DNA of 64,000 nucleotides from Methanobacteriota archaeon (lineage in GTDB: Archaea; JAADCQ01; Methanopyri; Methanopyrales; Methanopyraceae): NCBI GenBank assembly GCA_027064425.1, contig JAMOPO010000052.1, positions 32,001-96,000 of the forward strand. Direction: 5' to 3'. The notes under the pieces were generated by a model. That model was not told the DNA's origin and searched no databases. It saw nothing but the letters and a program-made list of their open reading frames with translations. A program made the position numbers and the translations under genes. Positions 56,871 to 64,000 of this stretch are shown here, piece after piece; position 1 is the stretch's first letter, and each line of letters begins with the position of its first letter.

Positions 56871-57845
56871 TTAGAACTCCCTCTCCACCACGAAGTCCGC
56901 GAGCGTCATGAGGAAGTCCCGGTGCTCGTTCTCGGGCAGCCGGTCCAGCGCCTCCTTCGCGGCCTCGGCGTACTCCTGGGCCCGCTCGCGGGCGTAGTCG
57001 ATGGCCCCGAGCTCGTCGAGGATGTCGATGACCTCGCGGACCTCCTCCTCCGAGGCATCCTCGTTGCCGAGCGTGCTTAGGATCCGCTCCCGCTGCTCCT
57101 CGTCCGCGCGCTCCAGCCCCTTGATCACGATCAGTGTCTTCTTGCCCTCGACGATGTCGCTGCCGACCGGTTTACCCAGCTTGGACTCGTCCCCCACCAG
57201 GTCCAGCACGTCGTCCTGGATCTGGAAGGCGATGCCGAGGTTCTCCCCGTACTCCGCGAGCGCGGAGAGCTGGTCCTCCTCGGCCCCGGCCTTAAGACCG
57301 CCGATCACGCAGGAGGCGCGGATGAGGGCGGCCGTCTTCTTGCGGACCATCTCCAGGAACTCCTCCTCCGTGACGTCTTCCCGCCTCTCGAACTCCAGGT
57401 CCATGGCCTGGCCCTCGCAGATCTCCGTGCAGGCGCGGGCCAGCTCCTCCATCGCCCGGACGTCCCCGCCCTCGGCGGCCACTTCGAACGCCTTGGAGAA
57501 GAGCGTGTCGCCCGCGAGGATGGCGACGGGCACGTTCCACTTGACGTGGACGGCGGGAACGCCCCGGCGCTCCTCATCCTCGTCCATAATGTCGTCGTGG
57601 ATCAGCGTGAACGTGTGGATGAGCTCCACGGCGGCCGCCTCCGGGAGCACGTCATCAGGCGACCCTCCCAGGACCTGGCACGACTTGATCGCCAGCAGGG
57701 GGCGGAACCGCTTGCCGCCGGCCTCGATCAGGTGCCAGCAGGCGTCGTAAAGGCCCTCGGCTCCCCCGCGGGGGAGCACCTCCTTGATCTTCTCATCCAC
57801 GAGCTTTCCGGCCCACTTCAGCTCCTCCAACACGTCCTCAGCCAT
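56871..57845 (-). CDS. idsA: Geranylgeranyl diphosphate synthase
   Basis: GGKRFRP, FTLIHDDIMD, GQAMD, KKTA, FQIQDDVLD. Confidence 0.96.
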   Translation of the reverse strand: MAEDVLEELKWAGKLVDEKIKEVLPRGGAEGLYDACWHLIEAGGKRFRPLLAIKSCQVLGGSPDDVLPEAAAVELIHTFTLIHDDIMDEDEERRGVPAVHVKWNVPVAILAGDTLFSKAFEVAAEGGDVRAMEELARACTEICEGQAMDLEFERREDVTEEEFLEMVRKKTAALIRASCVIGGLKAGAEEDQLSALAEYGENLGIAFQIQDDVLDLVGDESKLGKPVGSDIVEGKKTLIVIKGLERADEEQRERILSTLGNEDASEEEVREVIDILDELGAIDYARERAQEYAEAAKEALDRLPENEHRDFLMTLADFVVEREF

Positions 57846-57858
57846 CCTCCAGGCCCCT

Positions 57859-59211
57859 TCAAAGCGGTAGCTCGATTCGCGTCCCCTCCAGGGTCAGGAA
57901 CAGATCCCTATTGATTTCGTACCCCTCCTGAGCGGCCAGCTCGGCGTAGGCGGCGAGCATGTCCGGGTCACCGTGAGCCGGCACGATGTACTCGGGCTGC
58001 AGCATGCGAAGGAGCAGGCGATGATCCTCCCGACCGGCGTGCCCCGAGACGTGCACGTCCTTGAACATCTTCACACCCTTCAGCCTGAGCTTCGTCTCGA
58101 GCATGTACCTGTTGGCACGGTTGATGGGGGACGGGATGACGGAGGACGAGAAGATCACCCCGTCCCGGTCGGTCAGCTTGTACGGGAGCTCGTCGTCGGC
58201 CATCCGCGTAAGCACGGCGCCGGGCTCGCCCTGGTGGCCCGTCACGATGAGCACGTACTCCTCCTTCTCCTGACTCGCCCGCTCGAGCCCGCGCCGGATC
58301 GTGTCCGGCTTGTCGTAGATCCGGGCCCCCGCGGGCAGGTTAAGGAGACCCAGCTCCTCGGCCACGCGGCCGTACTTGCCCAGGGAGCGGCCCGCGAGGA
58401 TCACGCGCCTACCCAGCCGGTCCGCGGCGTCCACGATCGCCTGAATGCGCTCTATGTGCGACGAGAACGTGGTCACGATGATCCCTTCGCTTTCCTCGTC
58501 CGCGAAGCGCAGGACCTCGCTCACCATCTCCCTCGCCACGGCCTCGGACGGCGTTTTTATCTCTTCCGCAACTCGAAGCGTCTCTGGTATGAGCAGTAGT
58601 ACACCCTCCTTGCCCAGCTTCCTCAGTCGTTGGTAGTCCGGCTGGTAACCTATCATTTGGTGATCATCGAACTTGAAGTCGCACGCGTAGACGATCGCTC
58701 CGTACGGGGTGTGCAGCACCGGCAGCACGCTGCCCGGAATGCTGTGGCTGATCGGCACGAACTCCAGCCGCAGCTTCGAGGAGATCTGGACCTCGTCCCC
58801 CGGCTCCACCGTGTACAGGTTCACCATCACCTCCTCGGCCTCGTCACCGTAGCGCACCTCGTTCTCCAGGTCGCGCTTCACCAGCTCGATCGTGAACTTG
58901 GTACCGAAGACGGGGCACTTGTACCGGAACAGCATCTTGGGCACGGCGCCGATGTGGTCCAAATGCGCGTGCGAGAGGGCTACGGCCACCGTCTTGGACC
59001 GGTAGCGTCGCAGTATCGAGTCGTCCGGGATGGCCTTAACCTCGCGCAGCTCCCGGGTCGAGGCCTTCGGGAAGTCCTTTTGGAACACGAGGGACTTGTC
59101 CAGGGACATTCCGCAGTCGAACACGACGACCTCGTCGTCCACCCGGACGGCCGTCATGTTCCGACCGCCGGCCTCTCCGTAGCCTCCGATCGCGAAGATC
59201 TCGACGCCCAA
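57859..59211 (-). CDS. rnj: RNase J-family beta-CASP ribonuclease
   Basis: GRNMTAV, SHAHLDHIG, HSIP, DFKFD, GHQGEP, HVSGHA, PAHG. Confidence 0.94.
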   Translation of the reverse strand: MGVEIFAIGGYGEAGGRNMTAVRVDDEVVVFDCGMSLDKSLVFQKDFPKASTRELREVKAIPDDSILRRYRSKTVAVALSHAHLDHIGAVPKMLFRYKCPVFGTKFTIELVKRDLENEVRYGDEAEEVMVNLYTVEPGDEVQISSKLRLEFVPISHSIPGSVLPVLHTPYGAIVYACDFKFDDHQMIGYQPDYQRLRKLGKEGVLLLIPETLRVAEEIKTPSEAVAREMVSEVLRFADEESEGIIVTTFSSHIERIQAIVDAADRLGRRVILAGRSLGKYGRVAEELGLLNLPAGARIYDKPDTIRRGLERASQEKEEYVLIVTGHQGEPGAVLTRMADDELPYKLTDRDGVIFSSSVIPSPINRANRYMLETKLRLKGVKMFKDVHVSGHAGREDHRLLLRMLQPEYIVPAHGDPDMLAAYAELAAQEGYEINRDLFLTLEGTRIELPL

Positions 59212-60333
59212 CTACTCCCACCCCTGCCGGCGATCGCCCGAGCAGACTCTTCTCGGCTCGATCCCCCGGCACTCCAGCCAGTCCTTGAGCCGTCCGTGGA
59301 TGACGATCGGCACCCTACTCATCTCCTCGACGGACCTGCACCCCGCCATCATCATCGCGATCTTCACCTCCCGCGCCACGGTCTTCAGGAAGCGCACGCA
59401 CCCTGACACGCCCTCCGACAGCAGCTTCCTAAGCACCGGAAGGGCCATGCCCGCGCAGTCGCCGCCCAGCGCCAGCACCTTCGCCACGTCAAGTCCGCCC
59501 CGCACACCCCCCGTCCCGATCACCGGCATGTCAGGACCCACGACCCGCCTCACCTCGAGGATGGACGCGGCGGTCGGGACGCCCCACTCCGAGAACGAGT
59601 GCCCCACAGGCACCTCACCGTGAGCCTTGGAGCGGATGGCCTCCACCACCGCCCAGTTGGTCCCTCCGGCCCCACCCACGTCGATCCCGTCCACGAGGTC
59701 CTTGACGAGCTCCGCGTCCTCGGACGACACGCCCGCCCCCGTCTCCTTCAGCACCACCGGGACGTCGACCGCCTCCCGCACCTCCTCCAGCGTCTCCACG
59801 AACCCCGACGCGTCGGGCTCGCCCTCCAGCTGCACCGCCTCCTGCAGCACGTTCACGTGCACGGCCAGCGCGTCTGCATCCACCATGTCCACGACCTCGA
59901 TCGCCAGGTCCGGCCCGTTCTCCCGCAGCTGCTGCAGCCCTATGTTCGCCAGGATCAAGCCGTCCGGGTACTCCTCACGCACCACCTCGAACGTCCAGCG
60001 GACCTCCGGGTCCTCCACGCCGGCCCGCTGGCTCCCCACCCCGATCCCGATACCCAGCCTGCGCGCGACCACGCCCAGCTTCCGGTTTATCTCGCCCGTC
60101 TTGGGGTGACCGCCGGTCATGCCCGCGATGATGAGGGGGAAGGACAGCTCCTTACCGAACAGCCGCACGCTGGTGTCAACGTCGTCCATGTCCAGCTCCG
60201 GAAGCGCCCGGTGCACGAGCTGAACGCACTCGAAGAGCGGGCTCGTGTCGGCCTCCACGTCCTCCCAGACGCAGGCCAGCACGTGCTCCCACTTCCGCTC
60301 CCTAGTCCCGTTCCCGGACGACTCGCGTTCCAA
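59212..60333 (-). CDS. fni: Type 2 isopentenyl-diphosphate isomerase
   Basis: RKWEH, HRALPE, MTGG, GVGSQR, KETGAG, GAGGTNW, GGVR. Confidence 0.96.
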   Translation of the reverse strand: MERESSGNGTRERKWEHVLACVWEDVEADTSPLFECVQLVHRALPELDMDDVDTSVRLFGKELSFPLIIAGMTGGHPKTGEINRKLGVVARRLGIGIGVGSQRAGVEDPEVRWTFEVVREEYPDGLILANIGLQQLRENGPDLAIEVVDMVDADALAVHVNVLQEAVQLEGEPDASGFVETLEEVREAVDVPVVLKETGAGVSSEDAELVKDLVDGIDVGGAGGTNWAVVEAIRSKAHGEVPVGHSFSEWGVPTAASILEVRRVVGPDMPVIGTGGVRGGLDVAKVLALGGDCAGMALPVLRKLLSEGVSGCVRFLKTVAREVKIAMMMAGCRSVEEMSRVPIVIHGRLKDWLECRGIEPRRVCSGDRRQGWE

Positions 60334-61021
60334 CCCGCTTCCCCCGGAGGAACCTCTCGACGTTGTCCGGGTCGCTCGCGTCGAAGAGGAACACCTCCGC
60401 GCCCCGCTCCGCGATCCGAGCCGCCCGGAGCAGCTTCTCCGAGATCCCGCCGGTCACGTCCACCCCGGCCGCGCCATCCAGCTCCCGGGCCAGCTCCCGC
60501 GCCTCCTCCGGGGTCAGCTCCTTAAACGGCTCACCGACCCCGGGACGCTCCGGGTAAACACCGTCCACGTCCATCCCGAACCCTACCCGCTCCACCCGCA
60601 GGGTCGAAACGCGCTCCAGTATCTCATCCCCAGACATGATCCTGAACCCATCCTCCGCCGGCACCACGTCCCCGTAGAGCAGAGGGATGCAGTCGCGCTC
60701 GAGCACATCGATCACGACGTTCAGCGAGTGCAGCAGCACCGCGGGAGGTAGCGGGTAGACCCGGACCCCCGCCTCCACCGCCGCCTCCTCGAACACCCGG
60801 ACCAGCTCGTGCATCGCCCATCTAACCTTTGTAACACCCTCCTCCAACGACTCCACCTCGCTGGCCGCGTGGTGGCCGAAGGATCCCCCGCCGTGCACGA
60901 GGATCAGCCGACCCTCCCACCCCGCCAGCCTCTCTACCAGCTCCCTTATCAGCTCCTCCCGCGCGGTCATCGGCCGATTCTTGTCCGTGATCACGCTCCC
61001 ACCGAGCTTCAGGGCCAGCAG
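60302..61021 (-). CDS. ipk: Isopentenyl phosphate kinase
   Basis: LKLGGSVITDK, VHGGGSFGH, GDVV, SGDE, DVTGG; probable CTG start at 61021. Confidence 0.92.
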   Translation of the reverse strand: MLALKLGGSVITDKNRPMTAREELIRELVERLAGWEGRLILVHGGGSFGHHAASEVESLEEGVTKVRWAMHELVRVFEEAAVEAGVRVYPLPPAVLLHSLNVVIDVLERDCIPLLYGDVVPAEDGFRIMSGDEILERVSTLRVERVGFGMDVDGVYPERPGVGEPFKELTPEEARELARELDGAAGVDVTGGISEKLLRAARIAERGAEVFLFDASDPDNVERFLRGKRVGTRVVRERD

Positions 61022-61111
61022 CCCGGAACACCCCCCGGGCGATGAGGATACCCGAGGCCTCGGGGACCGATGACCGAAGCGGTGGGCGACCGAGCCCGCG
61101 GGGGTGGCCCG

Positions 61112-62170
61112 TTGAAACCCGTCACCCTGGTCCGCCCCTCCGGCGAGACCACGGCCAAGAGCCCCGTCGTCCGCAAGACGCTGCTCGGCGAACTCGCCTC
61201 CCGGCTCGAGCGCCGGACGGGCGAGGTCGTGCGCGTGAAGGGACCCCGGCTGATCGTCCGCGGTCACCACGAGGAGGAGGCCGCGCGGGAGTTCGGGGTT
61301 GCCGGCGCCCTCCCGGGCTACGAGGTCAGGCCCAAGCCCTCGGTCATCTTAAAGGCATTTAGGCGGGTGCTCAAGGACAGCCCGAAGCGCGTGCGGCTCG
61401 ACGTACGGGTTCACCACGAGGGCATCTCCGGGAAGTCCCTCTACAGCTCCGCCAAGGAGGTGGCGGAGGCCTCCGGACACACCGTCACCAAGGGCGGCTC
61501 CCGCGTGCTCATCGAGGTCTACGACGACGTCGCCTACGTGTGCGGCCCGGAGGAGCCCGGTCCCGAGGGGCTCCCCGTCGGCACCCAGGGCAGCGCTCTG
61601 GTGCTCCTGTCCGGCGGCTTCGACAGCCCCGTGGCCGCCTGGATGGCCATGAGGAGGGGGCTCCAGTGCCGCGGCCTTCACTTCTTCGTGACCGAGTCCG
61701 AGCTCGAGGCGGCGGAGGAGAACGAGAAGATCCTCCGGAGATGGGACCCCGGGTTCGAGCTGCACGTCGACGAGTCGCACCGCGAGTTCCTGGAAACGGC
61801 CGAGGAGCGGCTCTCCGGCCGGCTCGAGCGCTACCTGTGCGTCGTCTGCAAGATGCGCATGATCGAGCGCGCCTGCGAGTGGGCCGAGAAGCTGGAGTGC
61901 GAGTGCTTGGTGACCGGCGACTCGTTGGGCCAGGTGGCGAGTCAGACGGTGTGGAACCTCCGGCTCGAGGAGCGAGTGGCGAACCTGCCGGTCTTCCGAC
62001 CACTTATAGGCATGAACAAGCCCGAGATAGTCCGGTACGGGCGCGACATCGGGGTGCCCCAGCGGGACGCGGGTCGATGCCCGTTCGTTCCCGACAAGCC
62101 GGTCGTCAAGCCCCGGGAGCGGGAGGCACTCCGCGCCTACCGCCGGGTGGTCCAGGGGGAAGGTCGGTAG
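61112..62170 (+). CDS. thiI: tRNA 4-thiouridine synthase (THUMP + PP-loop, no rhodanese)
   Basis: RPSGETTAKS, GLPVGTQG, LLSGGFDSPVA, CVVCK, TGDSLGQVASQT, RPLIG; TTG 61112. Confidence 0.93.
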   Translation: MKPVTLVRPSGETTAKSPVVRKTLLGELASRLERRTGEVVRVKGPRLIVRGHHEEEAAREFGVAGALPGYEVRPKPSVILKAFRRVLKDSPKRVRLDVRVHHEGISGKSLYSSAKEVAEASGHTVTKGGSRVLIEVYDDVAYVCGPEEPGPEGLPVGTQGSALVLLSGGFDSPVAAWMAMRRGLQCRGLHFFVTESELEAAEENEKILRRWDPGFELHVDESHREFLETAEERLSGRLERYLCVVCKMRMIERACEWAEKLECECLVTGDSLGQVASQTVWNLRLEERVANLPVFRPLIGMNKPEIVRYGRDIGVPQRDAGRCPFVPDKPVVKPREREALRAYRRVVQGEGR

Positions 62171-62228
62171 GGTTACTAATCCTTCCGGCCCCGGTGGTCT
62201 CGCCCGACCCGAGGGGCCTCGCCTGCCC

Positions 62229-63134
62229 ATGGGCGAGGAGTCTCGAGAGCCCGAGGAGCCCAGGCTCGGTGTCCTGACCCGGCACAAGGTGTCCGATTTC
62301 GTTCGGCACGGAGCCATCTCCGTCAGTCCCGACGAGCCGCTGTGGAACGCCCTCAAGGCGATGGTTACGCACGACATCTGCGGCGTCGCGGTGATGGATG
62401 GGTCGGAGATCGTTGGCGTGTTCGAGGAAGACGACTTGCTCCGCGCGCTTCGAGCGCTCGAGGGCGAGGCGCTTGCGGCCGAGGTAAGGCGGTTCATGAA
62501 GCCCGGCGTGGTGGTCCGGTCGGACGACACGCTGCGAGACGCGATGGTGGAGATGCTGAAGGGTGGGGCCACCCGGGCGTTCGTGCGCTCCTCGGGCCTC
62601 ATCCGCGGTGGTGTGTACGGGGTCATCTCGGCCTCGGATATCGTGCGCGTGCTGACGGGCGACTACCGCGGAACCCGCGTCCCGAAGACCGACCGGCCCG
62701 TGGCGCTGCCCCCGCGCATCAACGCTCTCAGGGCCGCCGGGGACGTGCTGGTTGAGGACATCGTGAAGGCGTCGCCGCTGACGCTCGACGCCTCGAGCTC
62801 CGTGGCTGACGTCGCCCGGCGCATCAGCGAGTCCGGCAGGCGCTACGCGGTCCTGCTCGAGCGCGAGTCTCCGATCGGGCGCATCGGCGACCGGGACGTG
62901 ATGGGTGCAACCTTAGACGCGATTTTAGACCGGCGGAACCTGGACGATCTCGCGGCGAGGGACTACCTGCAAGAGATAGTGACCGCGGCTCCCGACACGC
63001 TACTTTCCGAGGCCTTGTGGGAGGTCGTCGACAGGATGTCGGATCGAATATACGTGATCGAAGGTAAGGCTCTAGTCGGGGTAATACCGCTGATAGATGC
63101 CGTTTACACACTGGCCAAGCTGGCGAGTGAGTGA
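62229..63134 (+). CDS. Tandem CBS-domain protein
   Basis: Four CBS-like repeats (SVSPDEPL..VGVFEEDDL; VRSDDTL..GVISASDI; LDASSSV..IGDRDV; PDTLL..VGVI). Confidence 0.88.
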   Translation: MGEESREPEEPRLGVLTRHKVSDFVRHGAISVSPDEPLWNALKAMVTHDICGVAVMDGSEIVGVFEEDDLLRALRALEGEALAAEVRRFMKPGVVVRSDDTLRDAMVEMLKGGATRAFVRSSGLIRGGVYGVISASDIVRVLTGDYRGTRVPKTDRPVALPPRINALRAAGDVLVEDIVKASPLTLDASSSVADVARRISESGRRYAVLLERESPIGRIGDRDVMGATLDAILDRRNLDDLAARDYLQEIVTAAPDTLLSEALWEVVDRMSDRIYVIEGKALVGVIPLIDAVYTLAKLASE

Positions 63135-63189
63135 ACGCTTCGAAGGAGTCGGCCGGGCGGGAGTGAGGCTGGTTGAGGGGGAGTGAGCA

Positions 63190-64000
63190 ATGGCTAACCT
63201 GGACTGCTGCGTGGTGAGCGGTGACGACCCCAGAGGCGTCGCGGAAGAAACCGTCAGCAGGCTCGGTGATAGGGCCGACTTCGGGGTCGTCTTCTTTCAC
63301 GACGTGGATCCCGAGGACGTCGTCTCCGAGCTAAGTCACGGGGTCGAGCGGTTCATCGGCTGCGTGGCCGCGGAGGGGCACTGGCCGGGGTCGGTTAGGG
63401 GACACAGGATCAGCCTACTCGCGCTGAAAACGGGGTGGATGGCGAAGTTCGGCACGGGAGGCTCCACGCACCGTGACCTCGGGAGGGCCTCGCGCAGCGC
63501 GATGGAGGAGGCTCTCCGTGACCTAGAATTCGACCCCTACGACGTCTCCTACTCGGCGCTGAACCTCAGAGACCCCAAGAAGATAGCCACGTATCGGCCC
63601 GTCATCGGGATGGCCCTCGTCGACGGGGTCGCGTTCCATAACTCGGGTGGGACGGGGCTGGAGGTCCTCTCCGGTTTCCAGATCGGGAGCGGGCCGGGCG
63701 CCGAGAACGTCCGCACGTTCGGCGCGCTGTCGAGCGACCCGGAGTTCGAGAGCGCTCCGGTGGTATGCGACAAGGGGGTCTTCGAGCGCGGGATCGTTTA
63801 CGCGGCCATCTCTACGTTCCTGAAGGTAGATTGGTCCTCCGCCTCCTCCCTGAAGCCGGTGGCGGAGCTGGGCACGGTGACCGAGAGCGAGCGGAACGTG
63901 ATCGTGGAGATCGACGGTAGGCCGGCCGGTGAGGTTTACCTGGAGAAGCTGGAGGAGATCATCGGGGATGGAGAGGACGTCCCGTGCGGCGGCGAGCACG
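63190..64000 (+). CDS. FIST-domain sensory protein, truncated at window end (not in ORF track)
   Basis: Hand translation from ATG 63190 is open to the end: FIGCVAAEG..VTESERNVIVEIDGRPAGEVYLEKL. Confidence 0.8.
   Translation, partial: MANLDCCVVSGDDPRGVAEETVSRLGDRADFGVVFFHDVDPEDVVSELSHGVERFIGCVAAEGHWPGSVRGHRISLLALKTGWMAKFGTGGSTHRDLGRASRSAMEEALRDLEFDPYDVSYSALNLRDPKKIATYRPVIGMALVDGVAFHNSGGTGLEVLSGFQIGSGPGAENVRTFGALSSDPEFESAPVVCDKGVFERGIVYAAISTFLKVDWSSASSLKPVAELGTVTESERNVIVEIDGRPAGEVYLEKLEEIIGDGEDVPCGGEH

Overview
High-GC archaeal core-genome window, most consistent with a Methanopyrus-like hyperthermophilic methanogen. The support is very acidic cytoplasmic proteins, pseudomurein Mur-ligase genes and a tRNA gene with C at position 8. 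Contents in order: hisD/CoA genes and alba; a ~17 kb + strand run with the ACDS (CODH/ACS) genes, including a degenerate second alpha subunit, two CooC paralogues, an unlisted CooT, korDABC and sucCD; pyrF; an aIF5A/agmatinase/deoxyhypusine synthase/pdaD cluster; IMPase-MazG and ppnK; a histone-fold gene, NOB1, hemC and dph5; a nine-gene pseudomurein operon (gltX, PP-loop, two Mur ligases, ATP-grasp, MraY-like, POTRA protein, secreted Ntn-like protein, polytopic membrane protein); tRNA-Lys; argS, aRF1, pyrH, uppS and RNA-modification genes; a coiled-coil/bactofilin-like protein; the ipk-fni-rnj-idsA isoprenoid operon; thiI, CBS and FIST genes. I saw no CRISPR array, rRNA or mobile element. The best lead is the last three genes of the pseudomurein operon, which look like a possible archaeal analogue of FtsQ/FtsI/FtsW. 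Other leads are the degenerate CdhA, probable ATC and CTG start codons, several unusual domain fusions and two structured ncRNA candidates. All family calls come from motif recognition by eye; no searches were run.
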